Counted from the first letter of the stretch, positions 23,584-35,817 are shown. The stretch: 64,000 nucleotides of DNA from SAR86 cluster bacterium (GCA_023703655.1 CP097973.1:170663-234662); one strand, 5' to 3'. Program-made: numbers and translations. Notes: generated by a model not told the origin, from the letters alone.

Positions 23584-24132
23584 ATGTCAAGAGTAGCAAA
23601 AAGTCCAATATTGATACCTGATAACGTAAAGCTTGCAATTGAGAACGGCAAAGTTATTGTTGAGGGGCCAAAAGGCAAAGATGAACTCATTATTAATAAA
23701 GACATTTCTATTATTCATGAAGATAACAGTATCACAATCAAATATGATGAAAATATTAGTAGTCATACGGCAATTGCAGGCACAACAAGGTCGCTCATTA
23801 ATAATATGGTAGTAGGAGTCGATGTAGGCTTTGAAAAAAAATTAGAGCTTGTTGGTGTTGGTTATAGAGCAAAATTAAATGGAAATACTCTTGATCTAAC
23901 CCTTGGCTTCTCTCATCCTATTAAACATCAACTGCCTGAAAATGTTACTGCTGAAACTCCTTCTCAGACTGAGATTATTTTAAAGAGCCACAATAAGCAA
24001 TTGTTAGGTCAAACAGCTGCTGAAATAAGAGCCTATAGACCGCCTGAGCCATACAAAGGTAAAGGTGTTAAATATGCAGATGAGCAAATTAAAAGGAAGG
24101 AAGCTAAAAAAGCTGCGGGAGCTGGTGCTTAA
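23584..24132 (+). CDS. rplF: 50S ribosomal protein L6
   Basis: 182 aa: MSRVAKSPILIPDNV... Confidence 0.98.
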   Translation: MSRVAKSPILIPDNVKLAIENGKVIVEGPKGKDELIINKDISIIHEDNSITIKYDENISSHTAIAGTTRSLINNMVVGVDVGFEKKLELVGVGYRAKLNGNTLDLTLGFSHPIKHQLPENVTAETPSQTEIILKSHNKQLLGQTAAEIRAYRPPEPYKGKGVKYADEQIKRKEAKKAAGAGA

Positions 24133-24133
24133 G

Positions 24134-24478
24134 ATGAATAAAAAATATATGCGAATTAAACGATCAACTAAGATTAGATCTAATGTTGCTAAGCAATCTA
24201 AACCTAGATTGTCAGTATTTAAGTCAAACAAAAATATATATGCTCAACTCTTTGAATCTAATGGATCAAAAATTATTGTTTCTGCTTCATCGAATGAGAA
24301 AGACAATAAACTTGATAATAATAATATTGAATCGGCAAAGCTAATCGGTAAAAAAATTGCTTCAAGAGCATTAGATGCTGGTATAAAAGAAGTTGTATTT
24401 GATAGGTCAGGATATATATATCACGGCAAAATTAAAGCGCTTGCTGAGTCAGCAAGACAAAACGGATTGGTGTTCTAA
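24134..24478 (+). CDS. rplR: 50S ribosomal protein L18
   Basis: Start moved to the ATG at 24134 ([16 protein letters not shown]...), one base after the rplF stop. The track start at 24065 lies inside rplF. Confidence 0.95.
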   Translation: MNKKYMRIKRSTKIRSNVAKQSKPRLSVFKSNKNIYAQLFESNGSKIIVSASSNEKDNKLDNNNIESAKLIGKKIASRALDAGIKEVVFDRSGYIYHGKIKALAESARQNGLVF

Positions 24479-24978
24479 TGAATCAAGAAAATTTAACAGT
24501 ACAACAAGATGTGCTTGAAGAAAAGCTTGTGCAAGTAAATAGGGTTGCAAAAGTAGTAAAGGGCGGAAGAATTTTCGGATTTACAGCTCTAACGGTCGTT
24601 GGGGATGGAAAAGGAAGGGTCGGATTTGGAAGAGGTAAGGCAAAAGAAGTACCAATTGCCATTCAAAAAGCTATGGAAAATGCGAGAAGAAATATGGTAG
24701 AGGTTAGTCTTAATGGAAGTACTTTATGGTACCCGATTAAATCAAAACATGGTTCTGCTAACGTTTATATGCAACCGGCATCTGAAGGTACTGGGATTAT
24801 TGCAGGTGGTGCAATGAGAGCTGTATTAGAGTTAGTTGGTGTGCAAAATGTACTAGCAAAATGCTATGGATCAACTAATCCAGTTAATGTGGTAAGAGCT
24901 ACGGTTAATGCATTGAAAGAGATGGAATCGCCTGAGGATGTGGCCATGAGACGAGGGAAAAAGATTGAGGATCTATGA
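24478..24978 (+). CDS. rpsE: 30S ribosomal protein S5
   Basis: 166 aa: ...[32 protein letters not shown]... Confidence 0.99.
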   Translation: MNQENLTVQQDVLEEKLVQVNRVAKVVKGGRIFGFTALTVVGDGKGRVGFGRGKAKEVPIAIQKAMENARRNMVEVSLNGSTLWYPIKSKHGSANVYMQPASEGTGIIAGGAMRAVLELVGVQNVLAKCYGSTNPVNVVRATVNALKEMESPEDVAMRRGKKIEDL

Positions 24979-25163
24979 TGGCTGAAAAATATATAAAGAT
25001 ACAGTTAATTAAGAGCAAAATTGGCAGGATGAAGAATCATAAGAAATGTATTGACGGATTGGGCTTCAAGAAACTAAATCAAGTTATTGATGTTCTAGAC
25101 ACCCCAAGCAATAGAGGACTGATCCGGAAAGTTAACGACATGATAAAAGTAATTGAAAATTAA
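24975..25163 (+). CDS. rpmD: 50S ribosomal protein L30
   Basis: 62 aa with an ATGA overlap with rpsE. Conserved position. Confidence 0.95.
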   Translation: MMAEKYIKIQLIKSKIGRMKNHKKCIDGLGFKKLNQVIDVLDTPSNRGLIRKVNDMIKVIEN

Positions 25164-25166
25164 AAT

Positions 25167-25589
25167 ATGAAATTAAACACACTTAAATCTAAAGGAACAG
25201 TGAAAAATTCAAAAAGAGTTGGTAGAGGTATCGGCTCTGGTTCAGGTAAGACTGCCGGAAGAGGACATAAAGGTCAAAAATCACGATCTGGTGGAAATAT
25301 TCCAAGAGGTTTTGAAGGTGGGCAAATGCCCCTGCAACAGCGAATACCAAAATTTGGGTTCAGTTCTAGAAAAAATTCCAATACTGCTGAAATAAACTTA
25401 AAAAATCTTGTTGGTTTAAAGGAAGTATCAATAGCAGTCTTGTTAGAAAAGAAGTTTATATCCAAATCAATAAAACAAGTCAGGGTTTACGGTGCTTGTG
25501 AGCTTGATTCTCCAATAATCTTTGATGGCATATACCTGACCAAAGGAGCAGCAGAATCTGTTACAAATGCTGGAGGAAAAATAAAATAA
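25167..25589 (+). CDS. rplO: 50S ribosomal protein L15
   Basis: 140 aa: ...RVGRGIGSGSGKTAGRGHKGQKSRSGG... Confidence 0.98.
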   Translation: MKLNTLKSKGTVKNSKRVGRGIGSGSGKTAGRGHKGQKSRSGGNIPRGFEGGQMPLQQRIPKFGFSSRKNSNTAEINLKNLVGLKEVSIAVLLEKKFISKSIKQVRVYGACELDSPIIFDGIYLTKGAAESVTNAGGKIK

Positions 25590-26882
25590 ATGGCTCAGGA
25601 TAACAACATGAGTGATCTGTGGAAAAGGCTTAGATTTGTACTTGGTTGTATCATTGTGTATAGAATTGGTACTCATATTCCAATTCCCGGAATTGATCCA
25701 GTAAGAGTTTCTTCATTATTTGATCAAAATCAAGGAACCATACTCGAACTATTCAATTTATTCTCGGGTGGGGCGCTTGAGAGAATGAGTATTTTTGCGC
25801 TTAATGTTGTTCCCTATATTTCTGCAGCAATTATAATGCAACTGTTCTCTAATGCCATACCATACTTAATCGAACTTAAAAAAGAAGGCCAAGCTGGCAG
25901 AAATGCTATTACTCAATACACTAGATATGGAACAGTAGCATTAGCTTTTGTTCAAGCATCTGCATTAGCAGTTACATTATCCTCAAGTGGTTTGGCGTAT
26001 AATCCTGGCACATCATTTTTTGTAACAGCTGTATTTACAGTTGTTGCAGGTACAGTTTTTTTAATGTGGTTAGGTGAACAGATTTCTGAAAGAGGAATAG
26101 GAAACGGTATTTCGATCATTATTGCCACAAGTATTTTAACCGGAATCCCCGGCGCTATAGGTCAGGCACTCGAACAAGCAAGACAAGGTGATTTAAATAT
26201 ACTAATGCTCCTTTCAATCGGTGTACTCGCTATGGTTGTTATTGCAATAGTTGTATTTATTGAAAGAGGTCAGAGAAGAATTACAGTTAATTATGCTCAA
26301 CGTCAGCAGGGCAGAAGATTAATGCAAGCTCAGGCTAGCCACTTACCATTCAAAGTAAATATGTCAGGAGTCATTCCTGCAATTTTTGCAAGTACCTTCT
26401 TACTATTTCCTGCCTCACTATCAACTTGGTTTGGTCAAAATGAATCACTAGGATTCCTACAAACGTTTTCTTTGGCACTTAATCCAGGCCAACCACTTTA
26501 TATAATTACTTTCGCCGTGCTGATTGTTTCTTTTTGTTTTATTTGGTTGGCACTAACATTTAATACTAAAGAGGTTTCAGATAACTTAAAAAAATCTGGT
26601 GCATATATTCCTGGAATTAGACCTGGAGAGCAAACTGCCTCTTACATTGACAATGTCCTTGCAAGACTTACTGTCTTTGGAAGTATTTACCTTACTCTAA
26701 TCTGCCTATTACCATTGGGCCTTATTAATTTTGCCGGAGTATCGTTTTATCTTGGCGGTACGTCTGTTTTAATAATTGTAGTTGTTCTGATGGATTTTAT
26801 GTCTCAAGTTCAATCACATATGATGTCTTCTCAATATTCTTCATTATTGAAGAAGGCAAACCTAAAGAGCTATAGAAGATAA
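25590..26882 (+). CDS. secY: preprotein translocase subunit SecY
   Basis: 430 aa, multi-TM: ...IVYRIGTHIPIPGID... Confidence 0.99.
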   Translation: MAQDNNMSDLWKRLRFVLGCIIVYRIGTHIPIPGIDPVRVSSLFDQNQGTILELFNLFSGGALERMSIFALNVVPYISAAIIMQLFSNAIPYLIELKKEGQAGRNAITQYTRYGTVALAFVQASALAVTLSSSGLAYNPGTSFFVTAVFTVVAGTVFLMWLGEQISERGIGNGISIIIATSILTGIPGAIGQALEQARQGDLNILMLLSIGVLAMVVIAIVVFIERGQRRITVNYAQRQQGRRLMQAQASHLPFKVNMSGVIPAIFASTFLLFPASLSTWFGQNESLGFLQTFSLALNPGQPLYIITFAVLIVSFCFIWLALTFNTKEVSDNLKKSGAYIPGIRPGEQTASYIDNVLARLTVFGSIYLTLICLLPLGLINFAGVSFYLGGTSVLIIVVVLMDFMSQVQSHMMSSQYSSLLKKANLKSYRR

Positions 26883-26999
26883 ATGAAAGTCCGGGCATCA
26901 GTTAGAAAAATTTGTAGAGACTGCAAATTAGTTAGAAGAAAAGGAGTTTTATATGTTATTTGTAAAACAGACCCAAAACATAAACAAAGACAAGGATAG
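26883..26999 (+). CDS. rpmJ: 50S ribosomal protein L36 (Cys3-His zinc form)
   Basis: Too short for the ORF track. Hand translation gives [38 protein letters not shown]. It starts the base after the secY stop. Confidence 0.95.
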   Translation: MKVRASVRKICRDCKLVRRKGVLYVICKTDPKHKQRQG

Positions 27000-27004
27000 A
27001 TAGT

Positions 27005-27361
27005 ATGGCGAGAATAGCAGGAGTTAACGTTCCAGAAAATAAACACCTTGAGATTGCTCTGACACATATTTATGGAATTGGTCGGTATACCGCTCGAAAA
27101 ATATGTAATTCGCTTGATATTGAGATATCAAAGAAACTAATGGACATGAAGGAGGATGAAATTGAAAAAGTAAGAGATGCAGTTTCTGAGTATATAACTG
27201 AAGGAGACCTAAGAAGAGAAATCAGCACCAATATAAAAAGATTAATGGATCTTGGCACGTACAGAGGTATTAGGCACAGAAGAAAATTACCGACACGAGG
27301 TCAACGAACTAAAACAAATGCTAGGACCAGAAAAGGACCTAAAAAACCAATGAGAGCATAG
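27005..27361 (+). CDS. rpsM: 30S ribosomal protein S13
   Basis: 118 aa: [14 protein letters not shown]... Confidence 0.99.
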   Translation: MARIAGVNVPENKHLEIALTHIYGIGRYTARKICNSLDIEISKKLMDMKEDEIEKVRDAVSEYITEGDLRREISTNIKRLMDLGTYRGIRHRRKLPTRGQRTKTNARTRKGPKKPMRA

Positions 27362-27362
27362 T

Positions 27363-27737
27363 ATGGCAAAATCAAAAAAAACTAAAAAGAGTGTTGCAGA
27401 AGGAATAGCCCATATCCATTCCTCATTTAACAATACAATAATTACAATCACTGATAAAAGTGGGAATGCAGTTTGTTGGGGCACATCAGGAGGTTCTGGA
27501 TTTAGAGGATCAAGGAAAAGTACACCATTTGCTGCACAAATTGCTGCAGAAAGAGTTGGCAATACTGCAAAAGAAATGGGCATGGTAAGCCTTGATGTTA
27601 AAGTAAAAGGACCAGGAGCAGGAAGAGAATCAGCAATTAGATCGCTTAATGCTTGTGGTCTCAAAATTAAAAGCATAACGGATGTAACACCACTTCCACA
27701 TAATGGATGTAGGCCCCCAAAAAAGAGAAGAGTATAA
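27363..27737 (+). CDS. rpsK: 30S ribosomal protein S11
   Basis: 124 aa: ...[18 protein letters not shown]... Confidence 0.99.
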   Translation: MAKSKKTKKSVAEGIAHIHSSFNNTIITITDKSGNAVCWGTSGGSGFRGSRKSTPFAAQIAAERVGNTAKEMGMVSLDVKVKGPGAGRESAIRSLNACGLKIKSITDVTPLPHNGCRPPKKRRV

Positions 27738-27746
27738 GGAGTTATT

Positions 27747-28367
27747 ATGGCTAGATATAGAGGACCATCTTTAAGGCTTTCTAGAAGAGAGGGAACCGAT
27801 CTACTTCTTAAAAGTGGAGAGAGAGCTGTTGAAGAAAAATGTAATATGGAAACAGCTCCTGGTATGCATGGAATGCGTAGGGGGAGACTATCAGACTATG
27901 GGCTTCAATTAAGAGAAAAGCAGAAAGTCAAAAGAATGTATGGGATTCTTGAAAAGCAATTCCGTAATTACTACAAAAAAGCTGCAAAATCTAAAGGTAA
28001 TACTGGCGAAAACCTATTAAGTTATTTAGAGAAAAGACTAGATAATGTTGTATATAGAATGAATTTTGCCTCAACAAGAGCTGAAGCTAGACAAATGGTT
28101 GCCCATAAGGCCTTTGAGGTAAATGGTAAAACTGTGAATATACCCTCTTATCAGGTAGAGCAAGATGATGTAATATCTGTCCGCGAAAAGGCTAAAAAAC
28201 AAATAAGGATTAAAGCTGCACTAGATTTAGGTGACAAGAAAGAGTCATCTGGATGGGTTGAAGTTGATAAGGATAAATTTACAGGAGTGTTTAAATCTGT
28301 GCCTGATAGGTCAGATTTAAGTGCAGAAATTAACGAAAATCTCATAATTGAGCTTTATTCTAAATAA
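27747..28367 (+). CDS. rpsD: 30S ribosomal protein S4
   Basis: 206 aa: [19 protein letters not shown]... Confidence 0.99.
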   Translation: MARYRGPSLRLSRREGTDLLLKSGERAVEEKCNMETAPGMHGMRRGRLSDYGLQLREKQKVKRMYGILEKQFRNYYKKAAKSKGNTGENLLSYLEKRLDNVVYRMNFASTRAEARQMVAHKAFEVNGKTVNIPSYQVEQDDVISVREKAKKQIRIKAALDLGDKKESSGWVEVDKDKFTGVFKSVPDRSDLSAEINENLIIELYSK

Positions 28368-28381
28368 AACGGAAGGAAAAT

Positions 28382-29347
28382 ATGCAAACATCAATAATTG
28401 ATTTACTAGTACCAACAGAAATACAAGTTGAAACTGTAAGCGATCAGGTCGCAAAAATTACTCTCGAGCCGTTAGAGAGAGGTTTTGGCCACACTCTTGG
28501 TAATGCTTTGCGAAGAATACTTTTATCATCTATGCCAGGCGCCGCCATTACTAATGTAAGTATTGAAGGCATCTCACATGAATACTCTACTATAGATGGA
28601 GTAAGAGAGGATGTCATAGATATTCTCTTGAACTTGAAAGACATGCCAATCAATATTATTGAAGGTTCTACAGCAGAAATTAAGCTTGATGTTTCAGGGC
28701 CATCAGAGGTAAAAGCTGGAATGTTTGAAGTGCCTGGGAATGTAGAATTAGTTAATGAGGACCATCATATTGCCTCGCTTGTTGATAAAGTAAAATTATC
28801 GCTTACTGCCATAGTAAGAACTGGTAGAGGATATGAACCTGCCGACATAAGATCTGACTCTGACGAAACTGTCGGATCACTGAAGGTAGATGCCTCTTTT
28901 AGTCCAGTGAAAAGAGTTGCTTATTCAGTTGAAAATGCAAGATTTGAAAAAAGAACTGACCTTGATAAGTTGATTGTTGAGCTTGAAACTGATGGAACGC
29001 TTGACCCTAAAATGGCAATTGAGCATTCTGCAACTATACTTCAACAACAACTCGCGTCTTTTGTTGATCTAGATGCCATAGCAGAACAAGAGGCCAAAAA
29101 AGATCAAAATGACTTTGATCCACTTTTAATGAGATCAATAGAGGAACTTGAATTAACTGTTAGATCAACTAATTGTTTAAAAGCCGAAAGTATTTTTCTT
29201 ATTGGTGATTTAATTCAAAGATCTGAGTTTGATTTACTTAAAACACCTAACCTTGGGAAAAAATCTTTAAATGAGATAAAGGATGTTCTTGCCTCAAAGG
29301 GTTTTGCACTAGGCACCACTGTTGATAATTGGCCACCAATGGGTTGA
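28382..29347 (+). CDS. rpoA: DNA-directed RNA polymerase subunit alpha
   Basis: 321 aa with N-terminal domain ...[20 protein letters not shown]... and C-terminal domain ...[14 protein letters not shown]... Confidence 0.99.
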   Translation: MQTSIIDLLVPTEIQVETVSDQVAKITLEPLERGFGHTLGNALRRILLSSMPGAAITNVSIEGISHEYSTIDGVREDVIDILLNLKDMPINIIEGSTAEIKLDVSGPSEVKAGMFEVPGNVELVNEDHHIASLVDKVKLSLTAIVRTGRGYEPADIRSDSDETVGSLKVDASFSPVKRVAYSVENARFEKRTDLDKLIVELETDGTLDPKMAIEHSATILQQQLASFVDLDAIAEQEAKKDQNDFDPLLMRSIEELELTVRSTNCLKAESIFLIGDLIQRSEFDLLKTPNLGKKSLNEIKDVLASKGFALGTTVDNWPPMG

Positions 29348-29349
29348 AT

Positions 29350-29754
29350 ATGAGACATAGAAAATCAGGTAGAAAATTAAATAGACCTTCATCCCACAGA
29401 AAGTCTCTATTTAAAAACCTTTCTATTGCTTTAATCGAACAAGAGTTAATCAAAACTACGGTTCAAAAAGCAAAGGAATTAAGAAGATTTATTGAGCCTT
29501 TAATTACCCGTGCAAAGGTTGATAGTGTTGCAAATAGAAGACTAATCTTCTCTAAACTAAGACACGATGCATCAGTGGCAAAACTATTCGATGAAATTTC
29601 TCCAAGATCAAAAGATAGGCATGGTGGATATTTAAGGATTATCAAAGCAGGATCACGTCCTGGCGATCAAGCTGAAATGGCTTATGTTGAATTAGTTGAT
29701 AGGGAAATCAGTGATCCTGTTAGCCCTGAACTTGAGACAGAAACTAATTCCTAA
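29350..29754 (+). CDS. rplQ: 50S ribosomal protein L17
   Basis: Start moved to the ATG at 29350 ([18 protein letters not shown]...). The track start at 29329 lies inside rpoA. Confidence 0.97.
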   Translation: MRHRKSGRKLNRPSSHRKSLFKNLSIALIEQELIKTTVQKAKELRRFIEPLITRAKVDSVANRRLIFSKLRHDASVAKLFDEISPRSKDRHGGYLRIIKAGSRPGDQAEMAYVELVDREISDPVSPELETETNS

Positions 29755-29755
29755 T

Positions 29756-32569
29756 TCACAATAATTTTTTTAAAAACTGTCCAGTATGCGATAGTTTTAT
29801 TTTTGCAATATCACGTGGTGTACCCTCAGCAACAACTTTTCCTCCATCGCTACCACCCTCAGGACCTAAATCAATTATCCAATCGCTATTTTTAATTACA
29901 TCAAGGTTATGTTCAATCACTAAGACTGTATTGCCTTGATCTCTTAATCTTAGTAAAACTTTCAAAAGAAGTTCAATATCGTAAAAATGAAGTCCAGTTG
30001 TTGGCTCATCTAATATGAATAAAGTTTTTCCAGTACTTCTTTTCGACAATTCTTTTGCGAGCTTTATTCTTTGTGCTTCACCACCCGAGAGAGTAACAGC
30101 AGATTGACCTAAAGTAATATAAGTTAATCCAACATCTGCCAAAGTCTGTAATTTATTTTTGATTGGAGGAATTGCATTAAAGAAGTCTAGAGCTTCCTCC
30201 ACAGTCATGTTTAAAACTTCTGAAATATTTTTACCTTTGTATTGAACCTCTAGAGTCTGATCGTTATATCTTTTATTATTACAAGTATCACAAGTAACAT
30301 ATACATCTGCTAGGAAATGCATCTCAACTTTTATCATTCCATCTCCCTGACATGTTTCGCATCTCCCACCTTTAACATTAAAACTAAATCTTCCTGGTTT
30401 GTAGCCACGAGATCTGGCTTCTTCAGACTGCGAAAACAACTCTCTGATATGTGAGAACAAACCAGTGTAAGTTGCTGGATTAGATCTTGGGGTTCTTCCA
30501 ATAGGAGCTTGATCAATTGAAATAACTTTATCAAGCATTTCAATGCCTTCAATGGATTCACATTTTATTTCCTTTCTGAGTTTTGATTTATTAAGCAAGA
30601 AAGATGACATTGGCATCAGAGTTTGATTTATTAAAGATGATTTACCCGAACCAGAGACGCCTGTTACACAGGAAAACACACCTATTGGGATAGACACACT
30701 AATATTCTGAAGATTATTTTCGTGAGCATTAACAATTTTAATAAATGCTTTTGGCTTGATTTTTTTGTTTGAAAATGTAATTTTTTTCTTACCGCTTAAA
30801 TACTGACCGGTAATAGAGGATTTCGTCTTAATAATTTTTTTTACATTTCCCTCTGCGCATATTTGTCCACCATGAATTCCTGCTCCAGGACCAATATCAA
30901 TAATATGATCTGCAGACCTTATTGCATCCTCATCATGTTCTACAATTATCACAGTGTTACCAAGGGACTTTAAATTTTTAAGGGTTTTAATTAACCTTGC
31001 ATTATCTCTTTGGTGTAGACCAATTGACGGTTCATCTAAGACATATGTCACCCCAACTAACCCAGAACCAATTTGACTTGCCAATCGTATTCTTTGAGAT
31101 TCACCTCCAGATAGTGACTCAGCGCTCCTATCCAGTGTTAAGTAGTTCAAACCTACATCTAATAAAAAACTCAATCTATCATTTATTTCTTTTAAGATTT
31201 TTTCTGCAATAACCTTTTGAGAGCCTTTTAGTTTAGTTGATGAAATAAATTCAAGAGCATCAGAAATTTTCATTTCAGTGATCATGTTGATTGGTTTATT
31301 GTTTACAAATACATTTCTTGATTCTTTTCTTAATCTCGACCCATTACATTCATCACAATGACTATCACTTAATAATTTAGCTAATTCATTTTTTTGATAT
31401 TCCGAGTCTGTTTCGCGAAAACGTCTCTCTGTATTGGGTATAACGCCCTCAAATTTATGATTTCTTACTATTCTGCTTCCACTTCTAAAATTCTTTGAAA
31501 AGTCTATTTTGTCATCAGACCCATACAGTATTATTTCTTTGATTTCTTCATTAAGCTCCCGCCATGGAGAATCTAGACTAAAGCCGTAGTGATTTGAAAG
31601 ACATCTAAGCTGATGATAGTAAAATCTATTTCTTCTGTTCCAGTTTTTTATTGCACCTGAGTTTATTGATAAATCTTCGTCTTGAACAATCTTGTTTTTA
31701 TCAAAATATTGAATAACTCCAAGTCCATCGCATTTTTCACATGCTCCAAATGGATTATTAAATGAAAACATTCTTGGTTCTAGCTCAGAAATAGAGTAGC
31801 CACACTTTGAACATGCGAAACTTGATGAGAATGAGATTATTTTTTTTTCACCTGTGAATTCAATTTCAACAAGACCATCAGACAAATTTAATGCCGTTTC
31901 AATCGATTCGGACAGTCTGAGCCTATTGTCTTCATCATCTTTTATAACTAATCGATCTATAACTGCGCTAATGTTATGTTTTTGATTTTTGTTCAGTGAT
32001 GGAAATTCTTCTATTGGTAAAACTAGGTCATTGATTTTTACCCTCACAAACCCTTCTTTTTTAAGGTCTTCATAAATTGCAAGATGTTCTCCTTTTTTTC
32101 CTCTAACAAGAGGTGCAAGGATCATTATTTTTGCACCAATATTTGACTGAATTATTTCATCACACATCTCAGAAATTGATTTAGATGATAAGATTTCCCC
32201 ATGATCAGGACATACTGGTACCCCAATTCTAGCGAAGAGCAGTCTTAAATAATCATATATTTCCGTAACTGTACCAACGGTAGATCGAGGATTATGTGAG
32301 GTTGATTTTTGCTCTATTGATATTGCAGGTGATAACCCATCAATCTGATCAACATCTGGTTTTTCCATCATTGATAAGAATTGTCTAGCATATGCAGATA
32401 ATGATTCTACGTATCGACGCTGTCCTTCAGCATATATCGTATCGAACGCGAGGGACGACTTACCCGAACCTGACAAACCAGTAATTACGATGAGCTGTTC
32501 TCTTGGAATTTCAACAGTTATATTTTTTAGATTATGTGTTCTTGCGCCTTTTACAGAAATTTTATTCAT
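29756..32569 (-). CDS. uvrA: excinuclease ABC subunit A
   Basis: 937 aa. Two ABC ATPase modules ([29 protein letters not shown] signatures) and zinc-finger Cys clusters. Confidence 0.99.
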   Translation of the reverse strand: MNKISVKGARTHNLKNITVEIPREQLIVITGLSGSGKSSLAFDTIYAEGQRRYVESLSAYARQFLSMMEKPDVDQIDGLSPAISIEQKSTSHNPRSTVGTVTEIYDYLRLLFARIGVPVCPDHGEILSSKSISEMCDEIIQSNIGAKIMILAPLVRGKKGEHLAIYEDLKKEGFVRVKINDLVLPIEEFPSLNKNQKHNISAVIDRLVIKDDEDNRLRLSESIETALNLSDGLVEIEFTGEKKIISFSSSFACSKCGYSISELEPRMFSFNNPFGACEKCDGLGVIQYFDKNKIVQDEDLSINSGAIKNWNRRNRFYYHQLRCLSNHYGFSLDSPWRELNEEIKEIILYGSDDKIDFSKNFRSGSRIVRNHKFEGVIPNTERRFRETDSEYQKNELAKLLSDSHCDECNGSRLRKESRNVFVNNKPINMITEMKISDALEFISSTKLKGSQKVIAEKILKEINDRLSFLLDVGLNYLTLDRSAESLSGGESQRIRLASQIGSGLVGVTYVLDEPSIGLHQRDNARLIKTLKNLKSLGNTVIIVEHDEDAIRSADHIIDIGPGAGIHGGQICAEGNVKKIIKTKSSITGQYLSGKKKITFSNKKIKPKAFIKIVNAHENNLQNISVSIPIGVFSCVTGVSGSGKSSLINQTLMPMSSFLLNKSKLRKEIKCESIEGIEMLDKVISIDQAPIGRTPRSNPATYTGLFSHIRELFSQSEEARSRGYKPGRFSFNVKGGRCETCQGDGMIKVEMHFLADVYVTCDTCNNKRYNDQTLEVQYKGKNISEVLNMTVEEALDFFNAIPPIKNKLQTLADVGLTYITLGQSAVTLSGGEAQRIKLAKELSKRSTGKTLFILDEPTTGLHFYDIELLLKVLLRLRDQGNTVLVIEHNLDVIKNSDWIIDLGPEGGSDGGKVVAEGTPRDIAKIKLSHTGQFLKKLL

Positions 32570-32635
32570 AAAAATGACTTTTTTTTATTTAAAGATATTT
32601 TTTCGAGTTAAACTATTAGATTATAAGAGGTAATC

Positions 32636-33073
32636 ATGGCGAGAGGAGTAAATAAAGTAATTTTAGTTGGAAATTTAGGGCAAAAACCTGAAATTAGGTA
32701 TACACAAACTGATAGTGCTGTTGCAAATCTCTCTCTTGCTACCTCAGAATCTTGGAAAGACAAGGAGACAGGGGAACAAAGAGAAAAAACAGAATGGCAT
32801 AGAATAGTATATTTTGGAAAGTTAGCTGAAATAGCTGAACAGTATCTTGATAAAGGCTCGAAAGTGTATGTTGAGGGCAAACTTCAGACAAGAAAATGGC
32901 AAGATAAAGATACTGGAGCCGATAGATATACAACTGAAATAGTTGGAAATGAGCTTACTATGCTCGATTCAAAAAATTCATCAGGCATGAATGAAAGCCA
33001 AAACTTTGATAGCAATGCAGGTCAATCCGATCAAGCTCGAGAAGATTTTAATGAGGATGATATTCCTTTTTAA
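32636..33073 (+). CDS. ssb: single-stranded DNA-binding protein
   Basis: 145 aa. OB fold [19 protein letters not shown]... and the canonical acidic C-terminal tip ...EDDIPF. Divergent from uvrA, as in E. coli. Confidence 0.97.
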   Translation: MARGVNKVILVGNLGQKPEIRYTQTDSAVANLSLATSESWKDKETGEQREKTEWHRIVYFGKLAEIAEQYLDKGSKVYVEGKLQTRKWQDKDTGADRYTTEIVGNELTMLDSKNSSGMNESQNFDSNAGQSDQAREDFNEDDIPF

Positions 33074-34284
33074 GCCGAGTCAGAAAAAACAAGGCTTGCA
33101 TTAGTCCCACCAAATCCAAATGAATTGCTCATTACTGATGTAATTTCTTTATCAGTTGTTTCTGTAACTATATTTAGATTACTTGCCTCATCAACTAGAT
33201 TTGAAATATTTATTGATGGAGCAACAAAATTATTATGCATCATAAGAATTGAATAAATTGCTTCTTGTGAGCCAGCAGCACCAAGTGAATGGCCTGTCAT
33301 GGATTTTGTTGAACTGATCAGAGGGGAGTCATTTTTGAAAATTGACCCAATAGCATTTAATTCTGAAATATCACCAACTGGAGTGCTGGTACCATGCGCA
33401 TTTATGTAATCAATATTTCTATCAGATTCTTTAAGCGCATTACTCATGCATAAAACTGCACCACTACCTGATGGCGAGACCATATCAAAACCATCTGAAT
33501 TGGCTGCATATCCAGTTATGTAGGCAAAAATGTCTGCATTCCTTTTAGCAGCATGTTCTTCACTTTCAATAATCAACATTCCAGCTCCACCTGAAACAAC
33601 GAAACCATCTCTATCTTGATCAAAAGCTCTAGATGCAATAGTTGGTGTTTCATTATGATTTGATGATAGGGCACCCATAGCATCAAACATTGAAGAATTA
33701 GTCCAATGCTCCTCTTCAGCCCCTCCTGCAATCACAATATCCTGCTTACCACTCTCTATTAATTCTGCAGCGTGACCGATGCAATGAGCGCTGGTTGAGC
33801 ATGCCGATGAAATTGAATAACTTACTCCTTGAGTTTTTAAAGCTGTTCCTAGACAAGCAGATACAGTACTTCCCATTGTCTTTGTAACTGAATATGGCCC
33901 AATTCTTTTAGGACCTTTTTCTCTAGCAATATCTGAAGCTACTATCTGTGCGGCTGGTGAAGCACCTCCTGAGCCGGCTACAACACCAATTCTTGATCTG
34001 TCTAGATTACTTATTTCAATGTTAGCCTGCATTAATGCCTGATTTGATGCAATATATGCATAAGCAGCTGCTTTACTCATGAAACGAAGTGTTTTTCTAT
34101 CAATTAGTTCAGTTACATCAAGATCAATTGAGCCAGAAACATGACTTCTAAATCCCATATCTCTGTATTTTTCATTAAAAATAATTCCTGACTGACCCTT
34201 TTTCAAGCTTTCCGTAACTTCGTCAACAGAGTTACCAATACATGAGACAATTCCCATACCTGTTACAACTGCGTTTACCATCAA
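33070..34284 (-). CDS. fabB: 3-oxoacyl-ACP synthase I (KAS I)
   Basis: 404 aa, colinear with E. coli FabB (…[10 protein letters not shown]…, …[15 protein letters not shown]…, …HGTSTPVGD…, …[15 protein letters not shown]). Sits downstream of fabA. Confidence 0.93.
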   Translation of the reverse strand: MMVNAVVTGMGIVSCIGNSVDEVTESLKKGQSGIIFNEKYRDMGFRSHVSGSIDLDVTELIDRKTLRFMSKAAAYAYIASNQALMQANIEISNLDRSRIGVVAGSGGASPAAQIVASDIAREKGPKRIGPYSVTKTMGSTVSACLGTALKTQGVSYSISSACSTSAHCIGHAAELIESGKQDIVIAGGAEEEHWTNSSMFDAMGALSSNHNETPTIASRAFDQDRDGFVVSGGAGMLIIESEEHAAKRNADIFAYITGYAANSDGFDMVSPSGSGAVLCMSNALKESDRNIDYINAHGTSTPVGDISELNAIGSIFKNDSPLISSTKSMTGHSLGAAGSQEAIYSILMMHNNFVAPSINISNLVDEASNLNIVTETTDKEITSVMSNSFGFGGTNASLVFSDSA

Positions 34285-34802
34285 AATTCACTAGTATCTT
34301 TAAATAAACCAACTCTCAAGTTCTGTGCAGAGTAAACATGTCTGTCATCAACATACATCTCACCATCAGCGAAACCGACAACTGCTCCTCTATTAACAAC
34401 TCGTTTTATATCAATTTCATACTTTACGATTTTAGCATTTGGTGTTACTTGTCCAAAAAACTTCACTTTATCTGCACCGAGCGCTCTTCCATAACCAGGT
34501 AATTTTGACCAACACAAAAAAAATCCTAACAATTGCCACATAGCATCCAATCCTAAACATCCAGGCATTACAGGATCAGTTTTAAAATGAACATTAAAGA
34601 ACCATAAATTAGGATTGATATCTAAAAAAGCAACAATTTTGCCTTTTCCATACTTACCCCCATCATTATCGATTGATTCAATCTTATCAAACATAAGCAT
34701 CTCATTTACTGGGAGACGGCCATTTTTTGGGCCGAAAAGTTCACCATTACCACAATCAATAAGATCTTCTTTAGAATAACTAGATGATTGATCGAAATTC
34801 AT
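34281..34802 (-). CDS. fabA: 3-hydroxydecanoyl-ACP dehydratase/isomerase
   Basis: 173 aa. [23 protein letters not shown] matches the FabA active-site region. Confidence 0.95.
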   Translation of the reverse strand: MNFDQSSSYSKEDLIDCGNGELFGPKNGRLPVNEMLMFDKIESIDNDGGKYGKGKIVAFLDINPNLWFFNVHFKTDPVMPGCLGLDAMWQLLGFFLCWSKLPGYGRALGADKVKFFGQVTPNAKIVKYEIDIKRVVNRGAVVGFADGEMYVDDRHVYSAQNLRVGLFKDTSEF

Positions 34803-35755
34803 TTTTCTCTTCCTTGAATAAAGTCTAACAATTCTAACATTTCATTATAAGATGGGTGTGTTTTAAGTCTTGCGATATTTTTTGCAGCCAAATTAATATA
34901 ACCTTGCATTGTTTTTTTTGTAATTAATAAAGATTCTCCAGAAAGAATATATTTAGATACTTTTTTTTCATCTTTTTTTGATATTTTTTTTCCTAATTTT
35001 GATAATAAAAAATTTCTATTACTTGCATTGCTCTGTAATGCATAAAATAGAGGCAGTGTTATCTTTCCTTCTTTGAAATCCTTAAGTTTTGGTTTACCAA
35101 TTTTTGTATTGTTACACTCATAATCTAAAAGATCATCTTTAATTTGAAATGCAATTCCAATATTCTTCCCAATTGAAGCAAATGTTTTTACTTCATTTAT
35201 ATTGCATGTACCCAAAATTGCTCCAGTCTTTGAAGCTGCTTCGAATAGCCTCCCTGTTTTTAGATAGTTGATTCTTTTTAATTCGGATTCTGTAATTTTT
35301 AACCGACCGAAAGAATCTAGCTGAACTAATTCGCCTTTCGCAATGTCATTTGTTGCTGACGACAACTCTTTTAGAATTCTGTTATCGTCAAGATTTACCA
35401 TTAATTTGAATGCCTTAGAATAAATGAAATCTCCCATCAAAACACTGTGGCCATTTGTCCATAAATAGTTAACCGACTTTTTACCTCTTCGTGAGTAAGA
35501 ATCATCTACAACATCATCATGAATAAGTGTAGCCGTATGTAAGAGTTCAATGATGGTAGCTAGATTAATCCTAGATTTTTTTGATGAATTCTTATTGCTT
35601 GATGCTAAAAGGGATAACAAAGCTCTTATTTTTTTCCCATCGATCTTAAAAATGTAGTCGTAAATCTCCTTAATGATTTTTATATTTGTAAGTTCCCTTT
35701 TGATTTGGGAAGAGACAAGCGATAGTTCTTTAATAGTATTTTTTGAGAGCTTCAT
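34799..35755 (-). CDS. ispB: octaprenyl-diphosphate synthase (trans-polyprenyl diphosphate synthase)
   Basis: 318 aa. Asp-rich motifs [10 protein letters not shown] and IKDDLLD. Divergent from rplU, as ispB is in E. coli and Pseudomonas. Chain-length specificity is inferred from position only. Confidence 0.85.
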   Translation of the reverse strand: MKLSKNTIKELSLVSSQIKRELTNIKIIKEIYDYIFKIDGKKIRALLSLLASSNKNSSKKSRINLATIIELLHTATLIHDDVVDDSYSRRGKKSVNYLWTNGHSVLMGDFIYSKAFKLMVNLDDNRILKELSSATNDIAKGELVQLDSFGRLKITESELKRINYLKTGRLFEAASKTGAILGTCNINEVKTFASIGKNIGIAFQIKDDLLDYECNNTKIGKPKLKDFKEGKITLPLFYALQSNASNRNFLLSKLGKKISKKDEKKVSKYILSGESLLITKKTMQGYINLAAKNIARLKTHPSYNEMLELLDFIQGREK

Positions 35756-35788
35756 ATGAATAGAATTAACTAAAATTATACATAAGTA

Positions 35789-35817
35789 TTGATAAATTCT
35801 TTATTAAAGCTTATATT
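35789..35817 (+). promoter_or_regulatory. sigma70-like promoter for rplU-rpmA: TTGATA-N17-TATATT then TTGCGTCC
   Basis: Hexamers at 35789-35794 and 35812-35817 with a 17-nt spacer. Lies in the 79-nt ispB/rplU divergent gap. Confidence 0.45.
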
